From contig JAJRAN010000135.1 in assembly GCA_028682915.1 (NCBI GenBank), positions 1 to 56,369 on the forward strand: DNA of 56,369 nt, written 5' to 3'. The notes beneath the pieces are model-generated. The model was given only the letters and a program-made list of their open reading frames with translations, did no database searches and had not been told where the DNA came from. Positions within the stretch are counted from its first letter, which is position 1, and every line of letters begins with the position of its first letter. Shown piece after piece: positions 43,961 to 53,636 of the stretch. Source of the stretch: Methanomassiliicoccales archaeon (GTDB lineage: Archaea > Thermoplasmatota > Thermoplasmata > Methanomassiliicoccales > UBA472). A program made the position numbers and the translations under genes.

Positions 43961-45289
43961 ATGAGCATGAAGATACTGGCCGTTGGCGGTGGGGGCAGGG
44001 AGCACGCGATAGTCAAAGCTCTGGCGCGGGGCGAGGCCGAGATATTCTCGGTGATGAAGAACAAAAACCCTGGCATCGCCCGGGCCAGCAAGGACTTCCT
44101 TCTGGCCAAGGAGACGGACGTGGACAAGGTCGTCCAATACGCGCTCGCGAAGAAGGTCGAGCTGGCAGTGATCGGTCCCGAATCCCCCTTGGAAGCGGGT
44201 TTGGTGGACCGGCTGACACAGAAGGGGATCGGTTGTGTCGGCCCGACCAGGTCCGCCGCGAGGATCGAGACGTCCAAGAGCTTCGCACGAGGGCTCCTGT
44301 CCAAGTATCGGGTCCCGGGCAACATAAGGTTCGCATCCTTCACTGACCTGGACGCGGCGGAGAGGCACCTCCGATCGATAGACTATGAGGTCGCGGTCAA
44401 ACCCACTGGCCTCACGGGCGGGAAGGGGGTGAAGCTGCAAGGGGAGCACCTGGCCGATGGCGCCGAGGTGCTCGCCTATGTCAGGGAGATCTTCGAAAAG
44501 GGAATCGGTGGAGCGGGAGTGGTCCTCGAAGAGAGGCTTGAGGGGGAGGAGTTCACCCTGCAGGCCTTCTGCGATGGCAAGAACGTCGTCCCCATGCCCC
44601 TGGTCCAGGACCACAAGAGAGCTTTCGATGGCGATAAGGGGCCGAACACAGGCGGAATGGGCTCCTACTCGTCCGAGGATCATCTCCTGCCATTCGTCAA
44701 CTCCTCGGAGATGGAGGAGGCGGTCGATTCCATGAAACGGACCGTGGCAGCCCTTGCCAGCGAAGGTGCGCCCTATCGCGGCATCCTGTATGGCCAATTC
44801 ATGCTCACCAGGGACGGCCCCAGGATCATCGAGTTCAACGCCCGGTTCGGCGACCCAGAGGCGATGAACGTCCTTCCACTGCTAGAGTCCGACTTCGTAG
44901 GGATTTGCTCTGGCATCGCGTCCGGCGATGTTTCGAGGAGGAGCTGCGAGTTCAGGAGGGCCGCGACCGTCTGCAAGTACGTGGTGCCGGAAGGGTATGG
45001 GACCGAGCCTATGGCCAATGTCCCGATCAAGGTGGACGAGGAGGGGGTGCAGAGGGCGGGAGCGGAGCTCTACTATGCCGCCGTGAACGAGGTCGGGGGC
45101 GAGATCCTCACCTCGACCTCCAGGGCGGTGGCGGTCGTGGGCATAGATGTCAACATCGACGCCGCGGAACGCCAGTGCGAAAGGGCGCTGCGCTTCATCT
45201 CAGGCGAGCACATCTACGTCCGGCACGACATCGGCAAGCATGAAATAATCCAGAGGAAGGTGGAGCGCGTGAGGGCGCTCAGGAAATAG
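43961..45289 (+). CDS. purD: Phosphoribosylamine-glycine ligase
   Basis: MSMKILAVGGGGREHAIVKAL N-terminus, an ATP-grasp core, and C-terminal GEHIYVRHDIG. The start is 43961 or 43967 (the track uses GTG 43958). Confidence 0.9.
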   Translation: MSMKILAVGGGGREHAIVKALARGEAEIFSVMKNKNPGIARASKDFLLAKETDVDKVVQYALAKKVELAVIGPESPLEAGLVDRLTQKGIGCVGPTRSAARIETSKSFARGLLSKYRVPGNIRFASFTDLDAAERHLRSIDYEVAVKPTGLTGGKGVKLQGEHLADGAEVLAYVREIFEKGIGGAGVVLEERLEGEEFTLQAFCDGKNVVPMPLVQDHKRAFDGDKGPNTGGMGSYSSEDHLLPFVNSSEMEEAVDSMKRTVAALASEGAPYRGILYGQFMLTRDGPRIIEFNARFGDPEAMNVLPLLESDFVGICSGIASGDVSRRSCEFRRAATVCKYVVPEGYGTEPMANVPIKVDEEGVQRAGAELYYAAVNEVGGEILTSTSRAVAVVGIDVNIDAAERQCERALRFISGEHIYVRHDIGKHEIIQRKVERVRALRK

Positions 45290-45319
45290 TTTTTATCCTC
45301 CAGGGCGCTTCGCTTGCAC

Positions 45320-45937
45320 ATGAAGAAGCTGGACGTCATCGCCCTTCACATCCAGGAAAGGCTTGACGAGAAGGACACGGTGAGGGAGATAGCCATCAAG
45401 TCCTCCAGGGCCATCATCCGCATCTCAGGCAGCGTTGTCCACTCCATACACAAAGGGGAGGACGTGACCGAGATGATGTCCGAGGCCTTGGACGAGGCCC
45501 AGCGCTTGCGTGGCCTGCTCAAGGAGCACCCCGAGCTTCTTAACTCGGGCTTGGTGGAGGACGCGATGCAGGAGCTGTCCGAGGCCGCCATCCTGCTCTC
45601 CATCTACACCAAGGACGAGCTGCCATCACCTGACGAGCTCGAAGTCCCGTACACCGCGTACCTGCTCGGCCTCGCCGACTGCATCGGCGAGCTCAGGAGG
45701 TTCGCGCTCGAGGCCTTGAGGGCAGGTGACACGGAGAAGGCCACGGAGTACCTAGAGATGATGGAGGACTTCTTCCAGGTCATCATGAGGTTCGACTATC
45801 CCGATGCCTTGGTCTCCATCAGGAGGAAGCAGGACATCGCGCGATCGCTGTTGGAGAAGACACGGGGCGAGGTGGCGGTGGCCGTGAGCTCGAAGAGGCT
45901 GGCGGACCGCATACGCGCCCTCGATGACAAGCTTTGA
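45320..45937 (+). CDS. Translin-family protein (archaeal COG2178)
   Basis: About 205 aa, all-helical. YLLGLADCIGELRRFALEALRAG is the conserved translin-family block. Confidence 0.7.
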   Translation: MKKLDVIALHIQERLDEKDTVREIAIKSSRAIIRISGSVVHSIHKGEDVTEMMSEALDEAQRLRGLLKEHPELLNSGLVEDAMQELSEAAILLSIYTKDELPSPDELEVPYTAYLLGLADCIGELRRFALEALRAGDTEKATEYLEMMEDFFQVIMRFDYPDALVSIRRKQDIARSLLEKTRGEVAVAVSSKRLADRIRALDDKL

Positions 45938-45950
45938 GCCGTCGGCGTGG

Positions 45951-46274
45951 TCAGAGCGCCTTCTTCAGTACCGCCTCTATCTCTTCCTTAGGCACGAGCC
46001 CGACGATGCTCTCGACCACCTCTCCATCCTTTATGAAGAGCAGGGTGGGAATGGCCAGCACCTTGAATCGTTTGACCAGCTCGGGGTTGCTGTCGCAGTC
46101 CATCTTCCCGAAGGCGGCCTTGGCCGAGTTCTCCTCAGCCACCTTGTCGAATATCGGGGCCATCTGCCTACAGGGCCCGCACCAGTTGGCCCAGCAATCG
46201 ATCACCAGCTTGGGGTGTTCCCTGGCGATGCCCTCATAGCTATCCTTTGTGACCTCGAGCGTGTGCTTGGACAT
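45951..46274 (-). CDS. trxA: Thioredoxin
   Basis: 107 aa. Active site WANWCGPCRQMAP, with a typical length and ending. Confidence 0.9.
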   Translation of the reverse strand: MSKHTLEVTKDSYEGIAREHPKLVIDCWANWCGPCRQMAPIFDKVAEENSAKAAFGKMDCDSNPELVKRFKVLAIPTLLFIKDGEVVESIVGLVPKEEIEAVLKKAL

Positions 46275-46389
46275 TCTATCGGACGACTATCGCCCCGGCA
46301 AGATAACTAGTTTGCCGAGGGACCGTACTCCCTTGAAAGGGAACGACCAGGGTCAGATGGAAGGATGTAAAAATGGAGAAGGGGTTTTC

Positions 46390-47109
46390 TCATTTCTTGC
46401 GGCGCTTGCTAGCAGGTCGCTTGTAGACGAAATAGGCGACGAGCAAGAAGATCATTATGCCACCGATGAGGATGGCGTTCATGCTCCCGTAGTCGCCCAT
46501 GCCGACCCAGACGGTCTGAGAGAATATCGTCCCGCCCGATTCGAAACGGACGAACTGACCGTTGGGGTCCAGCTGCACCGAGACCTCGTGCTGCCCCTTG
46601 CCCACGCTCTCGGTCCAATTGTAGATGACCACCTTTGACCCGCTAGCCGTCAAATCTATCTCCCTCTCTTCTAACAGCTTGCCGTCGGCATAGAAGTAGA
46701 CGGGCACGCCAGACAGGGCGACCGACCCTTGGTTCACGACCTTGGCAGTGATGACGATGGGCACGACCGATTTGACGTAATAAGGCATGGTCGCGACCAT
46801 CTTCGCCCCCGCGTTCGATGTGGAGGTGACGTTCACCACGATGGTCATTTCGGTGGCGGCGCTCGGGGCCGTGAAGTTGAACTGGAACACGCCACTGGAC
46901 GACTTGCCATTGGCTGGCGATATGATGGCATCGGCCACGTTCTGCCCTTCGACGGTGACGATGAAGGAGTAATTGCCTCCAAACTCCTCCGCGGGACCGC
47001 CCACGGCGGTAACGAAGTAGGTATTGGTCTCGTCGATGGCCACGGTCGACTTGCCCTCGACCTTGATATGGATAGGTGCGGTCGCATCAACCATCGGCGA
47101 CGCGAGCAT
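46390..47109 (-). CDS. CARDB/Ig-like domain surface protein with C-terminal membrane anchor (N-terminus unresolved)
   Basis: 239 aa from the first ATG. Two beta-sandwich modules (the second is VVNQGSVALSGVPVYFYADGKLLEEREIDL, CARDB-like). Ends AILIGGIMIFLLVAYFVYKRPASKRRKK. In-frame codons upstream of the ATG encode a signal-peptide-like stretch (see findings). Confidence 0.55.
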   Translation of the reverse strand: MLASPMVDATAPIHIKVEGKSTVAIDETNTYFVTAVGGPAEEFGGNYSFIVTVEGQNVADAIISPANGKSSSGVFQFNFTAPSAATEMTIVVNVTSTSNAGAKMVATMPYYVKSVVPIVITAKVVNQGSVALSGVPVYFYADGKLLEEREIDLTASGSKVVIYNWTESVGKGQHEVSVQLDPNGQFVRFESGGTIFSQTVWVGMGDYGSMNAILIGGIMIFLLVAYFVYKRPASKRRKK

Positions 47110-47147
47110 GACTCCTCCCAGTAAAAGCAGGAGGAGGGCGATGACGC

Positions 47148-50100
47148 TCAGCGCTTTTTGCGTTTTAGCACCCCCTTCTGTATGATCACCAGGATCAGAA
47201 TGGTCGACACCGCAAAGAGCAGACCTAGCAGGGCCAAGGTAAAGAGCGGGATCTCAGGGGCCTGCGTGGAGACGCCGTTCCCAGTCACCGATAGCCCGCC
47301 TGGAATGTTGAACGCGGGCAACGACGGCTCGAACTCCAACACGGTGTAAGTTCCGGACGATCCCTTTGAGGCCGCGTTTAGAACTACCGTCACCTGCCCA
47401 TCGGGGTTCTCGCGGATGGGCGTGAGGCGAAGCTCGAAGTTGCTCTTGCTGCCAGACGACAGCAGGGCGGTGAGGTTGTTTGACCAGGTCCCTCCGCTCA
47501 GGCGGACCTGCGCCTCCCAACCCCATGTGGCAAGCTCTTCGGAGTTGGTGACCGTAATGACATAGGTGTCATCGACGTTCCCAGTGTTGGTCAGGGACAT
47601 CTTGTACTCATAGTCCTCGCCCGTGGTGGCCTGAGCCGAGACGTAACTCATGCTAACGGAATAGCTCGGGACGATGCCGACATCCATGTTGACCGTGTCC
47701 GACTTGGTGCTGTGGGATGACAATGCCCTTATGGTGACGCTCTGGTGGCTCACCTTCGCGTTCGCCGGAGTGGTTATGGTCACGGTCACCAGCTGAGAGT
47801 TGGACGTCCCGAAGCCCACGGAAACGGGATTCTGCGAGAAGGCCACGGTCCACCCTGACGCCGCTGTCTGGACGCTTAAGGTGTAGGAGTCCGCAGAATT
47901 GCCGGTGTTGATCACTCTGAGGTTGTACGAGACGCTCTCGCCCGCCTCCACGGTACGTCTCTCCGTGGTGTCCCATTGGAGGTCCACGCCATAATCGGCC
48001 ACCTTGACCAGGTTGATGATGCTGCTCTGGCTGTCCTGAAGGTTCAGAGTGAACTCGGAGCTGTACTCCGCGCTCGCTCCCTGCTCCACGCCACTTCCGG
48101 TGGCTCTGACCTGATAGACGTCTGGTGGCAGGTAGACCTCGAAGCTTCCATCGGCTGCGCTCGTGAGCGTCTTGTAGTTCTCGCTGGAGAACTCGAGGAC
48201 GGCTGGACCGGCGATCCCGCCCAGCTGGGTGACTCCGAAGTACCTGACCCCTGGCACTAGATCGAAGTTCAAATTGGTGCTCGTGTATGGCGCAATGTCG
48301 ATCGTGCCCATGAACACGGCAGGTCCGCTAATCTCCTTGATGTAGATGGAGTAGTTACCAGGGGCCAGTTCGGTCGTATAGCCTGAGGCGGTACCGGTGG
48401 CGTTGGTCCAGATTGCCGTGCTTGAGCTCGGGACGAACTCAAGGGTAGCGGCCACGTTCTGGCCGGATACCCTTACCGTTCCAGATATCGTGCTGTTGTC
48501 AAGCTGCTTCTGCACCGGGACGGTCAACGACTTGGTGGAGTTGACAACGAAGCTAAGGGAGCCTTGGTACCGGACGTAGCGGTCCTTGGTTTCGAGGACC
48601 TCTTGCGTCCTGTAATCGACCGTGGCCACATAGCTTCCCGCAGGCAGATAGGTGGTGAAGGACCCAGCGACGCTCGTGGTAAGCGTGAGATCGCCTCCTA
48701 AGACGTTCGATATCACCACCGGGGCGATGGCGGTAATCGTTTTACCGTCGGCCTTCACAGTGCCTTGGATGAAGTAGGCCACCTGGTTCACCAGCTCGAT
48801 AGAGTTGGCGCCGTTGACGATGGTCTCGTTCACCAGCGTGGCATAACGAGATCCGAGTTTTTCGATGAGGACGTAGAAGCTATAGTTCCCTGGCTGCAAG
48901 TAGGTCGAGAACGTTCCCGTCGCCCTGAGCTCCTTGGAGTCGGGGCCGGAGATGGTGATCTTTGCCTGAGCGCTACGGTCGGGGGTGATCGCCCCGGTGA
49001 CCAGGTAACGCTTGACCAATTCGATATTGAGCAAGGATGGGTCCGAGCCCACGCTCACCGTGAGCGAAGCCCCGTATTGGTACTTCGAGACGTTGTTGCC
49101 GGCCACCACATCCTGGTCCGCAAGGACCTGGTAGACACCAGGCTTAAGCTGGATGCCGATCAAGCCCCCTGCAGAGCTGGTCGCTGTCAGGGACTGGGCC
49201 GAGCCGCTGGTCGCATCGAAGGTGATGTTGACGCCCGGCATGGTGGCTCCCTCGAAGGTGACGACTGCGGTGACGGTACGGTTGACGGCGACCATTTGAA
49301 CGTTCTCGGTCTTCGAGCCCGAGAGCTGGGAGAAGGATTTCGTATGAGGGAAGTAGCCGTCCAGGTCGACCGCCAAATCATAGTTCTTGCCTGGGGCCAG
49401 CTGGAACTCGTACTTCCCGCTGCTGTCCGTCTCCTTGACTATGACCCGACCGTCGACGTCCATTACCTGGACCGGTACGCCAGACATAGCCTCCGCAGAG
49501 TCCATTACCGAGTCGCCATCGGCGTCGTACCAGACTGTACCAGATATCCTGGCGGAGCTGGAAAGGCTCAAGGTCAACGGGCCGGAGCTGGTCACGGTCA
49601 CATCGCCCCAATAGGCCCCTCCCGACTCTCCGTTGTAAACGAAGTATACATCGTTCGGTATGAGCAACCGGAACTGGCCGGTGGAGTTGGTGATGGCGCT
49701 GATGACCGCCCCATTGGACCGGGATTCGAAACGGATGGTCAAGCCGCTAAGGACAGAGGTGCCCTGGACATTGCCTTGGACGTAGTAGGCGGGGACCAGC
49801 AGGGGGTTGAGGGACAGCGTTCCTGAGCTCTTCGCCAGTTGGTTCAGGTAGGCGAAGTCGATTCCGTTCAGGCTGGCCATGATGTGCATGTCGTATTGAC
49901 CGGCGGGTATGCTGGCGGAGTATCGGCCCGCGGAATCGGCTTGGACCACGTAGGTCGATTCTTCATTGTATATGGAGATCGTGGCGTTGGAAGCCACAAT
50001 CCCTGTGGAGAGCCAGGCTTGTCCATTGATGGTCATGACGTCCTTCACCGTGAGCGATTCGCTTACGGTCTCGCCGTTGGTGAGGTTGTACTTCAGCTGC

Positions 50101-53100
50101 CCCAAGGTGGTTCCGCTGACGCCTGAGAGAAGCTCGTAGGTGCCATAGACCAGGTCATTGAAGGCGAACTTGCCCGAGCTGTCAGTGGTCGCGGTTGTCG
50201 TCGTCCCATTGGTGTAATCGACCAGCTCCACCTCGAACCCTGCGGCCTTGGTGCCGTCCGTGTACGAGATCGTGCCTTTGATGGTGGCTGGCTTGATGGC
50301 TATGTCCACCGTGGTGTCGGCTAATGGCATCAATTGAACGCTCTTAGGGGTGGTGGGATGGCCATCGACGATGGCATAGACCTGGGCATCGACAGCGGGA
50401 ACGTAGCTTATCAAATACCCGCTATCCGTCGAAGTCGTCTGCGCCTTGAAGCCTAGGTCCTGGTTCTCGGCGACGACTGTAGCACCCGAGATGATGGTGT
50501 CCGTTCCACTGGTGTATGCTCCGTCACCGTCGACGTCCCAATAAACATTGCCATTCAGGTTAGTGCTGGCTATGGACATGTCGCCGTTGATGTGATACTC
50601 GGTTTGCCTCATCGCCTGGGAGTAGCTTACGGTCGTTTTTGTGCGGGTGAGCTCTGTGCCCATCAGGGTTCTCTTGTCGAGCTCGCCGTACGAATATACT
50701 ATCTTGACCTCCCCGAAGGGGGCGATCAAGGAGTAGCGTCCCTCTGAATCGGTCTGGACGTAATCATGCGGTATGCCGTACTCGTCGAGCACGGTCACCC
50801 ATAGTCCCGGATAGGGGAGGCCGGAGTCGGTGGTCACTTGCCCTTCGATGATGGCTCCATCGTAATATTGCACGAACACGATGCCCTGTGCCAGGTCGTA
50901 GGCGGACACGTCTACCACGCCCATTGCCTCACCAGCGGCGATCTGTTTCTGCAGCTCGAGGGCCTCATCGTAGGATATGGCCTTCCAGGCATCGGTGTGG
51001 TTGGCCACCTCCTCCTCTGGGTATGGGTTGTAATATGCGGTCTTGTAGACCATGCGGAAGTGGGTCTGGTTCCAGGCTTGCATTGGGGGCAGGCTAGCTA
51101 ATGAACCGGAGAAGCCAGGTATGCCCTGCTCGCTATAGCCGATGTCGTAGGGACCATAACCCATGAAAGCGCGGTAAAGCATGGTCTGATAGAACAGATC
51201 CGTGTACACGATCGAATAGTCGGTTATGGTCATGTCCGAGGTGACCTCGTCTAGCGGTATCGTCTCCTCGACGTTGCTGGCGGTGATCACCGTAGCGTAG
51301 ATCTGATAGAAGTCCACGGGGCTGTTACTTACTTCCGATATTTCGTGATCCGACAGCTTGCATGGAGCATAGAAGATGTTGTATCCTGTCGCAGAGAAGG
51401 GGAAGAGGCGCGAGTCGATCGCGAAGTAGCCGATGTCCGAGCCAGTGATCTCGCGTATATCATGATACAGGGACGCGCATTGCTCCTCACCGATCTTGGC
51501 TATCTCCACCCTGGAGGCGACGTATTTCGCGTTGAGGGCGGAGAGGTCCTGGGTGAAATTGCCGTAGACGTCAGGGTTCGCCAGGACGACCGATATGTAG
51601 GGTGAAGGGTTCTCCAGGATGCTCCTGAGCTCGACCATGTCGACGCCGTGGGATACCATGGCGTCGGAGATGGCGGATCCCTCACTGATGTCTCCGTATT
51701 CGATGCATCTGGTGATCAGCATGGCGATGGCTTGGTTCTCGTCAGTGCAGGTGATGTAGTTGCCTGCGAACTGGTAGCCGTTCTGGAAGTTATCAGCCAC
51801 CGTGGGGTGGTCTCCAGCCTGCACCGCCTCGAACCCATAGTCCCACCAGGACAGGAAGGCAGGTCGTTCAGTCACGGCGAGATCGACGTCTTGATCACTA
51901 TACCAATCCCATGCCGCCGGGAAGTATTGAGATGGCAAGGGCAGGCTGTAGCCGAAGGCCCCCAAGTACCAGGGCGCTTTATAGTCCGTCGGTCTCAGGA
52001 CCTGGGGCATGGCGTCGTATATCTGGTTATCATAAGTTTCCTTGTACTCGGAGGGTATGCCAGCGTCCACGGCCCCCCATACGTTGGGCACAAGCACGAG
52101 CATGAGCACGAAGAACACGGCCAAGACGTACTTCACGTTGAAGACCTTCCTCAACCAGGTGAACGGGTTCTTGGTCATGCTCGCCGAGGACACGCCCTTG
52201 GGGTAGTCCTGGAATCGAACGGCGTCGATTATGAGGACCAGGACCCAGGCACCCATGACCGCGAAGGCGGGGGCGGCGTTGAACAGGAACCTGCCGGCGG
52301 AGGCGGCCATGAATATGGCGGTGGCCGTCCAGACCACCAGGAAGACGAAGTAGGCGGCGAGGTTCTTCGGTATCTTTATCAGCGCATATCCGATGCCGGC
52401 GAGAGCAAGCCAGAAGGTCACGATTCCGAAGGACATGGCCAAGGTGGAGAAGTTGGGGGCCTGGGCCTCGGATATGGTGGAATAGAGCTTGCTCTTCACC
52501 AGGTAGCCTTGCCCGGTGATTATTGCGTCGAACAGGTTGGGCGAGACGAAGGAGATGACCGTCAGGCCAACTACCGCGATGATGATGAAGATTGGCAATA
52601 TCAGGACCCATGGCAGGTCCCGGGTGAGGGTGAACATCGCTCCCACCACCATCATGGCCAGGAACAGGATGAGCGGAACAACGAACCAGGTATACCAATA
52701 ATCCATCACCCAGTACAATGGGAATATGAGCAAGAAGGCCAGTCCGAGCATGATGGATACGTTGATCCAAACTCCCATCGAATCTGTCTTCTTGAAGAGG
52801 TTGATCATGAGCTGGACCAGGAAATATACCAGCACGATGATCAGGATGTACATGTATCCAGTCCAGATGAATGCCACCGCGGCCACGCACACTCCCGCGA
52901 GGGCCGCATAGATGACCGAAACCTGATTGGCCTTGAAGTATTGACCTAGGCCGGAGGTGATGGCCTTGCGCCCCCTCCAGTTGGAGACCCACTTATCCCC
53001 CACGATGCTCTTCAAGCTCATCAGTAGGAAGTAGAAGCAGAACACCACGAGGAAGAGTACCATGGCGTCGTGGTCCGCCTCCGATGCCACGGAGCGCTCG

Positions 53101-53636
53101 ATGTGCGCCGGCATCATGGCGAATAGGAAGGCCGCGGCCAGTCCCACCTTCCTTCCGAAGGCCTGCCTGCCGATCATGTAGACTGGAATGCAGGTCAGGG
53201 CGCCCCAGAAGGCCGTGGCGGAGACCAAGGTGAAGCCAGTGCTGTCAGATACAGGGCTACCTGTGACACTGGACATGACCATACCGGTCACTGCCACCGA
53301 CCAGTCGAAGAGCGGTGGGCGTGGGTTCCTCAGATCCCATGGATAGTTGAGCAGGGTATCTGTGTAGAGGTGGTGGCCCGTTTGAGTGACATAGTCGATG
53401 ACGCGCTCGTGGTAGTATGAGTCGGAACCTCCCGAGACGAGGTAGCCGTTGTCAATCGAGGGGCCAAGGACAAAATAGCTCCTTACGAAGAAGGCCAGCA
53501 GCACTATGAAGACCAGGATGGCTGCTGTGCGCCAATTCTGCCTCAGCCAGGTGCTAGACCCTTTGCCGAGACCGCTGAGAAAATTCAGGCGGCTCCGCTT
53601 CGTGGGGCCACCTGACCCTCCCTCAATAGATGCCAT
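47148..53636 (-). CDS. aglB: Archaeal oligosaccharyltransferase AglB (STT3 family) fused to a ~1,240-aa Ig-like repeat extension and a C-terminal TM anchor
   Basis: ATG at 53636 (the track uses TTG 53639), with AGGAGA 6 nt upstream. Multi-pass N-terminal domain with the first-loop motif GGSDSYYHER. WWDYG motif encoded at 51834..51848. After aa ~925 there are about eleven CarboxypepD_reg/SdrD-B-like modules and two CARDB/NEW3-like modules. Ends LFTLALLGLLFAVSTILILVIIQKGVLKRKKR. Confidence 0.85.
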   Translation of the reverse strand: MASIEGGSGGPTKRSRLNFLSGLGKGSSTWLRQNWRTAAILVFIVLLAFFVRSYFVLGPSIDNGYLVSGGSDSYYHERVIDYVTQTGHHLYTDTLLNYPWDLRNPRPPLFDWSVAVTGMVMSSVTGSPVSDSTGFTLVSATAFWGALTCIPVYMIGRQAFGRKVGLAAAFLFAMMPAHIERSVASEADHDAMVLFLVVFCFYFLLMSLKSIVGDKWVSNWRGRKAITSGLGQYFKANQVSVIYAALAGVCVAAVAFIWTGYMYILIIVLVYFLVQLMINLFKKTDSMGVWINVSIMLGLAFLLIFPLYWVMDYWYTWFVVPLILFLAMMVVGAMFTLTRDLPWVLILPIFIIIAVVGLTVISFVSPNLFDAIITGQGYLVKSKLYSTISEAQAPNFSTLAMSFGIVTFWLALAGIGYALIKIPKNLAAYFVFLVVWTATAIFMAASAGRFLFNAAPAFAVMGAWVLVLIIDAVRFQDYPKGVSSASMTKNPFTWLRKVFNVKYVLAVFFVLMLVLVPNVWGAVDAGIPSEYKETYDNQIYDAMPQVLRPTDYKAPWYLGAFGYSLPLPSQYFPAAWDWYSDQDVDLAVTERPAFLSWWDYGFEAVQAGDHPTVADNFQNGYQFAGNYITCTDENQAIAMLITRCIEYGDISEGSAISDAMVSHGVDMVELRSILENPSPYISVVLANPDVYGNFTQDLSALNAKYVASRVEIAKIGEEQCASLYHDIREITGSDIGYFAIDSRLFPFSATGYNIFYAPCKLSDHEISEVSNSPVDFYQIYATVITASNVEETIPLDEVTSDMTITDYSIVYTDLFYQTMLYRAFMGYGPYDIGYSEQGIPGFSGSLASLPPMQAWNQTHFRMVYKTAYYNPYPEEEVANHTDAWKAISYDEALELQKQIAAGEAMGVVDVSAYDLAQGIVFVQYYDGAIIEGQVTTDSGLPYPGLWVTVLDEYGIPHDYVQTDSEGRYSLIAPFGEVKIVYSYGELDKRTLMGTELTRTKTTVSYSQAMRQTEYHINGDMSIASTNLNGNVYWDVDGDGAYTSGTDTIISGATVVAENQDLGFKAQTTSTDSGYLISYVPAVDAQVYAIVDGHPTTPKSVQLMPLADTTVDIAIKPATIKGTISYTDGTKAAGFEVELVDYTNGTTTTATTDSSGKFAFNDLVYGTYELLSGVSGTTLGQLKYNLTNGETVSESLTVKDVMTINGQAWLSTGIVASNATISIYNEESTYVVQADSAGRYSASIPAGQYDMHIMASLNGIDFAYLNQLAKSSGTLSLNPLLVPAYYVQGNVQGTSVLSGLTIRFESRSNGAVISAITNSTGQFRLLIPNDVYFVYNGESGGAYWGDVTVTSSGPLTLSLSSSARISGTVWYDADGDSVMDSAEAMSGVPVQVMDVDGRVIVKETDSSGKYEFQLAPGKNYDLAVDLDGYFPHTKSFSQLSGSKTENVQMVAVNRTVTAVVTFEGATMPGVNITFDATSGSAQSLTATSSAGGLIGIQLKPGVYQVLADQDVVAGNNVSKYQYGASLTVSVGSDPSLLNIELVKRYLVTGAITPDRSAQAKITISGPDSKELRATGTFSTYLQPGNYSFYVLIEKLGSRYATLVNETIVNGANSIELVNQVAYFIQGTVKADGKTITAIAPVVISNVLGGDLTLTTSVAGSFTTYLPAGSYVATVDYRTQEVLETKDRYVRYQGSLSFVVNSTKSLTVPVQKQLDNSTISGTVRVSGQNVAATLEFVPSSSTAIWTNATGTASGYTTELAPGNYSIYIKEISGPAVFMGTIDIAPYTSTNLNFDLVPGVRYFGVTQLGGIAGPAVLEFSSENYKTLTSAADGSFEVYLPPDVYQVRATGSGVEQGASAEYSSEFTLNLQDSQSSIINLVKVADYGVDLQWDTTERRTVEAGESVSYNLRVINTGNSADSYTLSVQTAASGWTVAFSQNPVSVGFGTSNSQLVTVTITTPANAKVSHQSVTIRALSSHSTKSDTVNMDVGIVPSYSVSMSYVSAQATTGEDYEYKMSLTNTGNVDDTYVITVTNSEELATWGWEAQVRLSGGTWSNNLTALLSSGSKSNFELRLTPIRENPDGQVTVVLNAASKGSSGTYTVLEFEPSLPAFNIPGGLSVTGNGVSTQAPEIPLFTLALLGLLFAVSTILILVIIQKGVLKRKKR

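Noticed and set aside
43805-44797. 330-aa ORF on the minus strand
   Set aside because: It is entirely antisense to purD, whose product has clear family motifs. Its translation is R/G/P/H-rich with no recognisable motif, which is a typical high-GC antisense artefact.
48765-52992. Long alternate-frame and antisense ORFs within aglB (48765..49826 +, 51648..52949 +, 52030..52992 -)
   Set aside because: They overlap the STT3 frame, which carries the WWDYG motif and TM helices. Their translations are low-complexity (G/R/H/D/E/P-rich).
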